Assembly: GCA_963825065.1 (NCBI GenBank) | Contig: CAWGRU010000011.1 | Coordinates: 24,666 to 88,665 of the forward strand | Reading direction: 5' to 3' | Source: an uncultured Gemmatimonadales bacterium | Lineage (GTDB): Bacteria; Gemmatimonadota; Gemmatimonadetes; Gemmatimonadales; GWC2-71-9 | Length of the DNA stretch: 64,000 nucleotides | Shown: positions 48,168 to 57,144 of the stretch, in pieces | Layout: each line of letters starts with the position of its first letter | Position numbering within the stretch: the first letter of the stretch is position 1 | Program-made: the position numbers and the translations under genes | Notes under the pieces: model-generated | Told to the model about the DNA's origin: nothing | Databases searched by the model: none | Seen by the model: only the letters and a program-made list of their open reading frames with translations

Positions 48168-49525
48168 GCATGCGTGCCTCGGCGCTGTGGCTGATGCTGG
48201 GCGCCGGCCTCGCCGCCTCGCCGCTCGCGGCGCAGGATGCGGAGCCGGGCGCCGCTCCCGCAGCGGCATTCCGGTGCGACACGGTGGTGGGAGTGGTGGA
48301 CCGGGTCGTGGCCGTGGCGGGGGACGTCCCGATCCTCGCCTCGCAAGTGGAGGAGGAGATCTTCACCCAGCGGGCCCAGAACACGAAGCTCCCGAAGACG
48401 CAGGCCGAGTTCACCGAGCTGTGCCGCCAGGTGGTGTCGGACCTCATCGACGCCGAGGTCATGGTGCAGGTGGCGCAGCGGGATACCGCCATCAAGGTCA
48501 GTGACACGGAAATCTCGGACGGCGTGGAGCAGCAGTTCCACAACGTCCGGCAGCGGTTCACCTCCGAGGTCGATTTCCGCCGGGAGCTGGCGCGCTCCGG
48601 GTTCCAGACTCCGGAGGAGTTCCGGCGCTGGCTCACCGACAGCCAGCGCAAGGCCGCGCTTCGCAACCGGCTGCTTAGCAAGCTGAAGGACGAGGGCAAG
48701 CTGAAGGCGGTCCAGCCGACCGAACGCGAGATGCGGGCCTACTTCGAGCAGTTCCAGGATCAGCTCCCGTCGCGGCCGGCCACGGTCTCCTTCCGTAACA
48801 TCGTCATCTCGCCGAAGGCCTCGGCCCCCGCGCGCGACCGCGCGCTGGCCCAGGCGGACTCGATCGTTGCCGAGCTGCGCAAGGGTGCCGATTTCGCCAC
48901 CGCCGCGAAGCGCTTCTCGCAGGACCCCGCGAGCAAGGATCAGGGGGGCGACCTCGGCTGGTTCCGCCGCGGCCTGATGGTGCCGGAGTTCGACGCGGTG
49001 GTGTTCCGGCTCAAGCCCGGGGTGATCTCCGAACCGGTCGAGACGCCGTTCGGCTTTCACATCATCCAGGTCCAGCGGATCCAGCCGGCGGAAGTCCAGG
49101 CGCGACACATCCTCGTCATGCCGGAGATCACCGCGACAGACGCGGACAGCGCGGACTCGCTCGCCCGCCGGGTGGGAGCGCAGCTCGCGCAGGGTGTGGC
49201 CTTCGATTCCCTGATCAAGCTGTACCACGATCCCGGAGAGGAGCGTGAGGCCGAAGACGTGCCGGTGACGCAGCTCCCGGAGGAGTACAAGGCCGGCATC
49301 GGCAACGCGGACAGCGGGCAGATCGTGGCGCCGTTCGCGATCCGCAAGGAGATGGGACTCAGGCGGAAATACGTGGTCCTGCAGGTGACCAAGCGGCGCA
49401 CCGAGGGCGCGCTCCGCTACGATGACGTGAAGGAGCAGATCCGCAAGAAGCTCAGTGACGATCTCGCGACCCGGCGCTATCTGGACCGGCTGCGGCGCTC
49501 GACCTACGTCGACGTGCGGATGTAG
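48164..49525 (+). CDS. SurA-like periplasmic chaperone / parvulin PPIase
   Basis: Signal MRASALWLMLGAGLAASPLAAQ. SurA N-domain-like region. PpiC domain GADFATAAKRFSQDPASKDQGGDLGWFRRG..PVETPFGFHIIQV. Confidence 0.75.
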   Translation: MSMRASALWLMLGAGLAASPLAAQDAEPGAAPAAAFRCDTVVGVVDRVVAVAGDVPILASQVEEEIFTQRAQNTKLPKTQAEFTELCRQVVSDLIDAEVMVQVAQRDTAIKVSDTEISDGVEQQFHNVRQRFTSEVDFRRELARSGFQTPEEFRRWLTDSQRKAALRNRLLSKLKDEGKLKAVQPTEREMRAYFEQFQDQLPSRPATVSFRNIVISPKASAPARDRALAQADSIVAELRKGADFATAAKRFSQDPASKDQGGDLGWFRRGLMVPEFDAVVFRLKPGVISEPVETPFGFHIIQVQRIQPAEVQARHILVMPEITATDADSADSLARRVGAQLAQGVAFDSLIKLYHDPGEEREAEDVPVTQLPEEYKAGIGNADSGQIVAPFAIRKEMGLRRKYVVLQVTKRRTEGALRYDDVKEQIRKKLSDDLATRRYLDRLRRSTYVDVRM

Positions 49526-49545
49526 CCGAAGGGGAAGCGGGAACG

Positions 49546-49605
49546 GGGAAGGGGAAGGGGAACTGCACTCCCGTGCTCCCTTCCCCTTCCCTTTCCCTTT
49601 TCCCC
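49546..49605 (+). terminator. Long purine/pyrimidine hairpin plus T/C-rich tail after the surA-like gene
   Basis: 14-bp stem GGGAAGGGGAAGGG (49546-49559) / CCCTTCCCCTTCCC (49578-49591) with an 18-nt loop, followed by tttcccttttcccc. Confidence 0.5.
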
Positions 49606-49632
49606 TGCAGTTCCCCCCGCTTACTTCTTCTC

Positions 49633-50590
49633 ATGACTGCCTCCCGTCTTACCTCGACTTGCCGTCACACTCGGTGATCCCCGCGGGATCGGTCCCGAGA
49701 TCACCGTCGGCGCGCTGGCTGCACCGCTCGCGGCGGAGATCATCGTGATCGGCGCGGAGGATCAGATCGGCGCGGTGCCCGCGGCGCGCCGAGTCCCCGT
49801 GGGACACTGGGGCGAGGGCTTCGGCGAGGAGGGTGGCGCGCCAGGCAAACCCGGTCCCTCGCGCGCCGTCCGGGCCGGGCGGATCACCGGCGCCGCCATC
49901 GAGATGGCGGTCAAGCTGACCCTGGCGGGAGAGGCCGATGCGATCGTGACCTCCCCTGCCCACAAGCACGCGCTCAATCTGGCAGGCTTCCGCTGGCCGG
50001 GGCACACCGAGTGGCTGGCCCATCTGGCCGGCGACGTCGAGGTCGCGATGATGCTGGCCGCCGACCGGCTCCGCGTGGTGCTGGTCACGACTCACGTCCC
50101 CTTCCGCTCGGTGCCCTCGCTGCTCACCACCGACAAGGTGATCCGGACCGGCCGGGTGACCCGGAAGGGCCTGCAGCAGTGGTGGGGCATCGCGGAGCCC
50201 CGGATCGCGGTGTGCGCCCTCAATCCCCACGCGGGCGAATCGGGACTCTTCGGGGACGAGGAGGAGCGCGTGCTGCGTCCCGCGGTGGAGGCACTGGGGG
50301 CGAGCGGGCCCTTCCCGGCCGACACGGTGTTCGTCAGGGCGATGCGCGGCGAGTTCGACGCGGTGCTGGCGCCCTACCACGACGTCGGCATGACGGCGAT
50401 CAAGGTTGCGGCCTTCGGTCGGGGCGTGAACATCACGCTCGGGCTGCCATTCCCGCGGACCTCCCCCGACCACGGCACGGCGTTCGACATCGCGGGGACG
50501 GGGCAGGCGGACTGCTCGAGCATGCGCGCGGCGCTCGAACTCGCCGCGGACCTCGCCGTGAAGAACCGGAGTCTGGTGCGCGGTGTCTGA
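49633..50590 (+). CDS. pdxA: 4-hydroxythreonine-4-phosphate dehydrogenase PdxA (apparent +1 frameshift within the first ~14 codons)
   Basis: The conserved N-terminal block LAVTLGDPRGIGPEI and the rest of PdxA (SPAHKHALN, GHTEWLA, NPHAGE, PYHDVGM, TSPDHGTAFDIAG) are in one frame. That frame has no ATG/GTG/TTG between the upstream TGA (49634) and GTG 49745. ATG 49633 (MTASRLTS..) is in the -1 frame relative to it. Confidence 0.8.
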
Positions 50591-52238
50591 GCGTGCTTCC
50601 ACCTGGGCCCGGCATTGCCTGTGGACGGCGGTGCTGCTTGGTGCGATCCTCCGCCTGCGGCAGTACCTGCACGCCCGTCCCCTGTGGATCGACGAGGCGA
50701 TGCTCGCGAACAACATCCTCGGGCGCAGCTTCCGCCAGCTCCTGCTGCCCCTCGACACCGATCAGACGGCGCCGGTTCCGCTCCTGTGGTTCACCCGGCT
50801 CTGTGCGCTGCTGGCCGGCCCCGACGAGCGCGCGCTCCGGTTGCTCCCCTTCCTCGGCGGCATCGTACTGCTGGTCGCGTTCGCGCAGCTGTCGCGCCGG
50901 CTGCTGCCTGCCTGGCCCGCGGCGCTGGCAGGGCTGATCGCGGCGGTGTCGCCCATGCTCATCTACTACGCCAACGAGCTCAAGCCCTACGGGCTGGATG
51001 CGATGTGGACGGTGGTCCTGCTGCTCCTCGCGTTGCGGGTGCGCGAGCAGCCGGCGGACCGCACCCGGTGGATCGCGCTGCTGCTCGGCGGAACACTCGC
51101 CACCGTGGCCACCACCCCAGCCCCATTCATGCTCGCCGGTATCGGCCTCGGCCTGGTCCTGGAACCGGAGGTCCGACAGGCGAAGGGCGGGTGGACCTGG
51201 CTCACCGTCTGCGCCGCGCTCTGGGTGGTGGTGTTCGCCACGCTCTACCTCGCCCTGTATCGGGCCACCGCCGAGAGCCCGTACATGCAGCGCTACTGGG
51301 TGCCCTACTTCCTCAGCCCCACGCTCCCCGAGCTGGAGAGCAAGATCGACCACGTCGTCACGGCCGGTCTCGAGGAGTGGTTCGTCTCTGGAGGGACTCC
51401 GTGGCGGCTCCGCGCGGGCTTCATCCTCATCCCGGCGATCCTGATCGGCGTCTTTGCAGTGGTCCGCCGCCACGGGCGGGGGATCACGCTGATGCTCGTG
51501 CTTCCCTTCGGGCTCGCCGTGATGGCCTCCATGATGCGGCGTTACCCCGTGGTGCCGCGCCTCATGCTCTTCGCGCTGCCGTCGATCCTGCTGCTGCTCA
51601 CCGCCGGCGTATGGGCCGTCTGCGAGTGGCTCCGGGCGCGCGCGCGCATCCCCTGGTTCGCCCTCGCCTCCGCGAGCCTGGTCGTCCTCCCGGGGATCGA
51701 CGCGGCGCGCGAGTGGATCACGCCCCTCGACCGGGAGTCGCTGCGGCCCCTGATCGCTGAAATCGTGGCCGATCATCAGCCCGGTGCCGCGGTCTACGTC
51801 TATGGCCGGGCGATGCCTGCGTGGCTGTTCTACACGACCGACTGGTCCCGGCCGGATCTGGCCCGGGTGCATCTGCGCAGCCAGCTGATCGCCTCCACCG
51901 GAGGGGCGTTCTATCACGCGGCGAGCCGGGGCCATGCCGTCGGCCGCGAGGGAGACGACCTCCTCTTCCCGTACCGGGACTGGCGCGAGCTCGTGGGCGT
52001 GCCGTCGGGGCTCGGCCCGGACAGCCTGGGCATCCGGGCAGATGCGCCCGATCCCGGCTGGGGGGCCAACGAGGCGCGCAGGATTCGTGAGGCAGGGGGT
52101 CCCGAGGCGTGGCTGGTGCTGTTCTCGTTCGCGCCGGGCGTGCAGGACAGCCTGGAGGCGGCGATGCGCGCCGCCGGCGCGACCCAGACCCTGGTCGAAG
52201 AACGGGATGGCGCCGTGATCGAGCGGTACGTCTTCTAG
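50583..52238 (+). CDS. Polytopic membrane glycosyltransferase, GT39/ArnT-like (PMT_2-type)
   Basis: About 11 predicted TM segments. The N-terminal LWIDEAML motif resembles family 39/83 lipid-linked sugar transferases. GTG start overlaps the pdxA end. Confidence 0.5.
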   Translation: MSERASTWARHCLWTAVLLGAILRLRQYLHARPLWIDEAMLANNILGRSFRQLLLPLDTDQTAPVPLLWFTRLCALLAGPDERALRLLPFLGGIVLLVAFAQLSRRLLPAWPAALAGLIAAVSPMLIYYANELKPYGLDAMWTVVLLLLALRVREQPADRTRWIALLLGGTLATVATTPAPFMLAGIGLGLVLEPEVRQAKGGWTWLTVCAALWVVVFATLYLALYRATAESPYMQRYWVPYFLSPTLPELESKIDHVVTAGLEEWFVSGGTPWRLRAGFILIPAILIGVFAVVRRHGRGITLMLVLPFGLAVMASMMRRYPVVPRLMLFALPSILLLLTAGVWAVCEWLRARARIPWFALASASLVVLPGIDAAREWITPLDRESLRPLIAEIVADHQPGAAVYVYGRAMPAWLFYTTDWSRPDLARVHLRSQLIASTGGAFYHAASRGHAVGREGDDLLFPYRDWRELVGVPSGLGPDSLGIRADAPDPGWGANEARRIREAGGPEAWLVLFSFAPGVQDSLEAAMRAAGATQTLVEERDGAVIERYVF

Positions 52239-52291
52239 AGTCCCCCCACCGCACGGCACCCCTCGGACATCGTCGCACGCACTCGGCAGAA

Positions 52292-52312
52292 CCCGGGCAG
52301 CGCCTGCCCGGG
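52292..52312. terminator. Bidirectional stem-loop between convergent genes
   Basis: Perfect 9-bp stem cccgggcag/ctgcccggg with a 3-nt loop, between stops at 52238 and 52326. Confidence 0.5.
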
Positions 52313-52325
52313 CCCGGTCGCCACG

Positions 52326-55301
52326 CTACTCCCCGCGCAGATTGGCGAGCAGCGCCTCGAGCGTGGCGATCGTCGCCGCGTTCGCCGGGTCGGTGACGAC
52401 GTTGTCGAGCTGATCCCGGTCCACCGTCAGGTCATACAGCTCCCGATCTCCATTCTGGTATTCCGCGTACAGATACCGCGCGGTCCGCACCCCCTGGAAA
52501 CTCCTGGTGGGTGACGTCGTACCGAGTTCCTCGAGCAGGATCTCACTCCGCCAGGGGGCGGCCGGACAGGCGAGCAGGGGGAGCAGGTCGCGGCCATTCA
52601 CTCGGGTGGCTGGAACGGTCCCGACCCACGCGGCGATTGTCGGCGCGAGATCGATGAGCCCGACCAGGCTGCTGTCTACCCGGGCTGCCTGTCCCGGCAG
52701 CCGAATCCATAGCGGCACCCGCACGCACTCCTCGTACACGCAATCCTTCCCCCGCAGCCGGTGCTCGCCCCACGCGAGACCGTTGTCGCCCGCGAAGACC
52801 AGGAGCGTGGAGTTCCAGCGACCGGACTGCTTGAGCGCCGCCACCAGGTTCGAGACCGACCGGTCGAGCGCCTGCATCGACTCCAGCTGGCTCTCATGAA
52901 AGGCATCCTCGGCCGCCATCTCCGCCGCCGTGAGCAGCGGCTCGGCCCGAAGCCAGGCCGGCTTGTCGGAGACGTCGGCCTCGTTGTAGGACGCGGGGCG
53001 CCAGTGCGGCAGGCCGGCAAGTTTCCCGATATCGCCGAGTGCGGGCGTGGCCGGCTCGTGCGGGGCGTAGGGCGTGAAGTACAGGAGGAGCGGCCGGGTC
53101 GCGGGGGTCGAGGTGATGAACTGCACCGCCTGCCGTGACAGCTCGTCGGTGGAGTAGTCCTGCGGCCGGGTGCCGTAGTTGGTGAGGGTCCCGTTGTGGT
53201 TCAGGGTGTAGTTGTAGTACTCGTCGTCGTCATGACCCACGAAGGCGTGGAACTCGCTCCACCCTGGCGGCACCGCCGGGGAGATCAGGTGATAGGCGTT
53301 GAGGTACTTGCCGTAGAGCCCGGTGCGGTAGCCCGCCTGCATCAGCCAGGTCGCGATGGTGGACGACGGATCGAACTTGATCGCTCCGCCATTCGGCAGG
53401 TAGTTCTGCAGCACGCCGGTGTTGTGGGAATACAGCCCGGTGAGCAGGCTCGCCCGGGTGGGGCAGCAGAGCGGAGTCGTGGCGAAGGCCTGGGCGAAGT
53501 CCACTCGCTCGTCCTGCAGCAGGGCCGTGGTGAGCGGCAAGTACGGCATCAGGTCGTAGCGCTGGTCGTCGCTCAGGATGATGACGACGTTGGGGCGACC
53601 GATGTTCTTGACGTGAGCCGCGACGGGAAGGGAGGTGGTGTGGTTTCCCGCCTGGTCGCGCGCAATCGCCGTGAAGACGTGATCTCCATCCGGAAGCAGC
53701 GGTGTGTCGAGGCTCAGCCGGAAGGGTGCGGAGAGAGCTTCGGCCCCCAGATTCGCGCCATCCACCTGGAACTGGACGCCGGCCACACCCACGTCGTCGC
53801 TGGCGCTGGCGACGAGATCCGCATACCCGGACAGGGTGCTGCCCGGCGCCGGAAAGGTCAGCGCGACCGTGGGCGGCTCGACGTCCCCCGGCGGCGTCGA
53901 GGTCGAACTGAGCGCGGCATCGTCGAACCAGGCCGCGCCGGCGTTGTCCGGTTCGCTGGCGACGGATGCGATCACCCGCAGCACGGCGCTCCCGGGTGGC
54001 GCCACGGTCGACCGGCTGAAAGCGGTCCAGGGCTGCGTACCCGCCTGCCGGCTGAGGCTGTCGCGGGCAAGGATCGACGCCGCAGGCGGCACTTCGGGCA
54101 GGCCGGAGGCGTTGAGCCACAGCAGTTCGATCCCGGCTCCGACCCCGCCGAGTCCACTCGTCCGGACCCAGACGGCGAAGTCGAAGCTGGCCCCCGCCGC
54201 CACGGCGACGTCCTGATAGATGCTCCGCGAGAACCGGCTGCTGGCGACCAGTTCGGCGGCCCTGGCTCCGCTGTGCGGCGAGGTCGTCACGGTGCTTCGT
54301 CCGGCCATCCCGAGGTTGCGCCAGCCGGTTCCGCCCGACTCGAACCCCGGATCACTCATCAGATTCTGCGGCTGCTGTACCTGGACAGCGACCCCGGCCG
54401 CAGTGGTGTGGTTGCCGGCGGCATCGCGGGCGATCGCGGCGATCGTGTGGGGCCCGTTGGAGAGGGTCGCGGTGTTGAAGGACAACTCCCATGGTGCGCC
54501 CGTCACTTCGCTGCCGACCGGTGCGCCATCAACCGTGAACTGAACGCCGGTCACGCCGACGCTGTCGGTGGCGGTGGCGGCGAAGTGGGCGAGACCCACC
54601 ATCACCGCACCCGGCACCGGGGCCGTGATGGAGATGCTGGGCGCGATCGAGTCGGTCGGGGGAGCGGTCACCGGAGCGAACAGGGCGTCATCGAACCACG
54701 CCGTGCCGCCGCCATCGGCCTCGCGCGGAACGGCCAGGTTCAGCCGGACGGCGACCGCACCGGCGGGAGCCGTGAGCCGGCCGCTCAACCGGGTCCAGCC
54801 CGCCGTCCCGCTGAGCGCCCCGACCAGATCGGTGCGCAGCAGCGCGGCTGGCGGAAGGATCTCGGGGAGGCCTTCGGCGTTGAGCCAGAGCAGCTCGAGC
54901 CGCGCGCCCGCCGCGAGCGCGTTCACCTGCACCCAGATCTCGACGTCGTAGTCTGCGGCGCTGCCGAGCTGCAGATCCTGATAGACCGTACGACTGTAGC
55001 TCCGATTGGCCGAGATCTGCAGGGCGTGACTGCCGCCGTGCGCCAGCGACGCGACGATCGTCCGGCCTGCCAGCGCGACATTCTGCCAGCCGGCACCGCC
55101 GGTCTCGAAGCCGGGATCGCCGAGTGGGGCGGCCAGGGCGGCAAGCTGGGTCGGGTACCGCTCCGCCGGGGCAACCGGATGCTCCTGATTGCAGGAGACC
55201 ATGACGAGCGCGCCGGCCACGGCAATTCCGACACCGGGACGGGTCAGGAAGTGGAGCAGTGCGCGGGATGCTGGACGATGATCCGGGTGACGCGGCGACA
55301 T
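52326..55301 (-). CDS. Secreted sulfatase fused to two N-terminal (lectin/CBM-like + Ig-like) modules
   Basis: C-terminal sulfatase domain: VVIILSDDQRYD and the formylglycine motif PLCCPTRASLLTG. The N-terminus has two ~255-aa repeats (DPGFETGGAGWQN... / DPGFESGGTGWRN...), each ending in an Ig-like unit (..ATDSVGVTGVQFTVDGAPVG.. / ..ASDDVGVAGVQFQVDGANLG..). Start set at MSPRHPDHRP before a TM/signal segment. Confidence 0.75.
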   Translation of the reverse strand: MSPRHPDHRPASRALLHFLTRPGVGIAVAGALVMVSCNQEHPVAPAERYPTQLAALAAPLGDPGFETGGAGWQNVALAGRTIVASLAHGGSHALQISANRSYSRTVYQDLQLGSAADYDVEIWVQVNALAAGARLELLWLNAEGLPEILPPAALLRTDLVGALSGTAGWTRLSGRLTAPAGAVAVRLNLAVPREADGGGTAWFDDALFAPVTAPPTDSIAPSISITAPVPGAVMVGLAHFAATATDSVGVTGVQFTVDGAPVGSEVTGAPWELSFNTATLSNGPHTIAAIARDAAGNHTTAAGVAVQVQQPQNLMSDPGFESGGTGWRNLGMAGRSTVTTSPHSGARAAELVASSRFSRSIYQDVAVAAGASFDFAVWVRTSGLGGVGAGIELLWLNASGLPEVPPAASILARDSLSRQAGTQPWTAFSRSTVAPPGSAVLRVIASVASEPDNAGAAWFDDAALSSTSTPPGDVEPPTVALTFPAPGSTLSGYADLVASASDDVGVAGVQFQVDGANLGAEALSAPFRLSLDTPLLPDGDHVFTAIARDQAGNHTTSLPVAAHVKNIGRPNVVIILSDDQRYDLMPYLPLTTALLQDERVDFAQAFATTPLCCPTRASLLTGLYSHNTGVLQNYLPNGGAIKFDPSSTIATWLMQAGYRTGLYGKYLNAYHLISPAVPPGWSEFHAFVGHDDDEYYNYTLNHNGTLTNYGTRPQDYSTDELSRQAVQFITSTPATRPLLLYFTPYAPHEPATPALGDIGKLAGLPHWRPASYNEADVSDKPAWLRAEPLLTAAEMAAEDAFHESQLESMQALDRSVSNLVAALKQSGRWNSTLLVFAGDNGLAWGEHRLRGKDCVYEECVRVPLWIRLPGQAARVDSSLVGLIDLAPTIAAWVGTVPATRVNGRDLLPLLACPAAPWRSEILLEELGTTSPTRSFQGVRTARYLYAEYQNGDRELYDLTVDRDQLDNVVTDPANAATIATLEALLANLRGE
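53586..55118 (-). repeat. Internal tandem duplication (~765 bp x 2) encoding the lectin-like + Ig-like module
   Basis: Protein-level repeat of residues ~62-316 and ~317-572 of the sulfatase ORF, with conserved anchors DPGFE(T/S)GG, ELLWLNA(E/S)GLPE, AWFDDA and ARD(A/Q)AGNHTT. Confidence 0.7.
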
Positions 55302-55558
55302 GACGGACGACCTCCGACGAGGACGCGACTGCCGCGGCGAGACAGGTAGCGCCGTCGGCGCTGGATCGGGCGTGAGTCGGAGGGGGGACGACTGGCGGGC
55401 GGTCCTGCGAGCAGTATGCCACTCGCCGTGCATGAGTCGGCGATGAAGACCCGGTGAGAGAACCGTCAGCGGCCCGTACCCATCAAGTTAGGCGGTGTCG
55501 CAATACGCGACGCTCGCTGTCGTGGCGACGGCGGGTACGGACCCGCGGGGCGTGCGGG

Positions 55559-56188
55559 CTACCGCGGCGCGAGGGCCTCCTCGAGCCGCCGCATCAGGGC
55601 CAGGTGTTCCTCGAGCTTCAGCTTCTGGCTGGCGCGGTTGGCGACCAGCACGGCGCCGACCTGGAGGATCGTCTCCCGCTCCGCGAGGCCGTTCGCCCGG
55701 AGGGTGTTGCCGGTGTCGACCAGGTCCACGATCCAGTGAGCCAGACCGAGGAGCGGTGCTACCTCCACTGAGCCGTAGACCGTGATGATCTCCACCGGCC
55801 GTCCCGCTTGGGCGAAGTGGCGCCAGGCGAGGCGGGGATACTTGGATGCGACCCGGACGGTCTTGCCCCCGGGGAGGTCGGGCCACGGCGCGCTGGCCGG
55901 ATTGGCCACGACTAGGCGGCAGGCGCCGAATCCGAGCTCCAGCGGCTCCAGCACGTCGGCGTCCGACTCGCGGAGGACGTCGGTGCCGGTGACGCCCAGA
56001 TCGGCGGCCCCCGATTCGACGTAGACCGCCACGTCGGACGGCTTGACCACCAGGAACTCCACCGTGGGATCGCTGGAGGGGATCAGCAGCCGGCGCCCGG
56101 GATCGGGGTCGATGACGACGCCGGTCCGGGCGAAGAGACCGACCGCCGGGTCGTACAGCCGGCCCTTCGCCAGCGCGATGCGAATCAT
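55559..56188 (-). CDS. hisG: ATP phosphoribosyltransferase, short form
   Basis: 209 aa. MIRIALAKGRL, DVAVYVESGAADLGVTGTDVL and DLVDTGNTLRANGL. The ATG overlaps the hisZ stop. Confidence 0.9.
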   Translation of the reverse strand: MIRIALAKGRLYDPAVGLFARTGVVIDPDPGRRLLIPSSDPTVEFLVVKPSDVAVYVESGAADLGVTGTDVLRESDADVLEPLELGFGACRLVVANPASAPWPDLPGGKTVRVASKYPRLAWRHFAQAGRPVEIITVYGSVEVAPLLGLAHWIVDLVDTGNTLRANGLAERETILQVGAVLVANRASQKLKLEEHLALMRRLEEALAPR

Positions 56189-57144
56189 GGGGCGAGCGCC
56201 TCGGCGATCGTATCGAGATCGAGAGAGACCCCCACCGCGGGCATCGGCGCGCCGAAGCGGCTCATGAGTTCGTCGTAGCGGCCCCCCACCCCCGCGGCCT
56301 GCCCCGCGCCCGCCGTGAAGAGTTCGAAGTGAATGCCGGTGTAGTAGCCGAGACCCCGGACCTCGCCGAGGTCGAACACCAGATGCTCGCGGTCGGCCGG
56401 CGGCAGCGCCGCCTCCAGCCGGAGCAGGTGTTCCAGCGCCGGGCTCGTCGCGGGTGATGCCTGACGCAGCGCCTCCTCCAGCACCGGGCGCCGCCCGATG
56501 ACGAAGGCCAGCCTGGCGAGGGCCTGCGCCTCCGCTGCCGCCCCGGCGACCGCCCGGGTGAGGTTGCCGCGGTCCTTGCGATCGATCCACCGGCGCACCG
56601 CGACCCGCTGCTCGGCATCGAGCACGTCGAGTCCCGGGGCGAGCGCACCCACATGGCCCAGGTTGAGCTGGAAGTCCCGCAGGCCTATGGCGCGCGCGCT
56701 GGCCAGCGTGAGCCGGACGATCTCCACGTCGCCGGCGAGGTCGCCCTGGCCCAGGAGCTCGGCGCCCGCCTGCAGCGTCTCGCGCGGGCGGCCGCCTCGT
56801 TCCGGCTCCTGCCTGAAGACCTTGCCGCTGTAGCAGAGCCGCAGCGGCGGCGGCGCCGTCCGGAAGGTGGTAGCGGCCACCCGGGCGATGCTCGCCGTGA
56901 AGTCGTACCGGAGCGCCAGCATGCGGCCGTCGCGATCGGTGAACCGGATGAGGCGGTCGGCTACCTCGGGGCCGCCGGCGCGCACGAAGACTTCCTCGTA
57001 TTCGAAGGTCGGCGGCAGCAGCTCCTCGTAGCCCGCCCGCTCGAGCACGTCGGAGACCACGCGCTGCAGCCGGCGCCGCGCCACGGCGGCGGGCCCAGTG
57101 AGGTCGAGGCATCCCGGCGGGATCGGAGCGATGGGGCGGGTCAT
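56185..57144 (-). CDS. hisZ: ATP phosphoribosyltransferase regulatory subunit (HisRS paralogue)
   Basis: Class-II aaRS-like core (GYEELLPPTFEYEEVF..RFTDRDGRMLALRYDFT..RLCYSGKVFR) with no anticodon-binding domain, sitting directly upstream of short-form hisG. Confidence 0.8.
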   Translation of the reverse strand: MTRPIAPIPPGCLDLTGPAAVARRRLQRVVSDVLERAGYEELLPPTFEYEEVFVRAGGPEVADRLIRFTDRDGRMLALRYDFTASIARVAATTFRTAPPPLRLCYSGKVFRQEPERGGRPRETLQAGAELLGQGDLAGDVEIVRLTLASARAIGLRDFQLNLGHVGALAPGLDVLDAEQRVAVRRWIDRKDRGNLTRAVAGAAAEAQALARLAFVIGRRPVLEEALRQASPATSPALEHLLRLEAALPPADREHLVFDLGEVRGLGYYTGIHFELFTAGAGQAAGVGGRYDELMSRFGAPMPAVGVSLDLDTIAEALAP

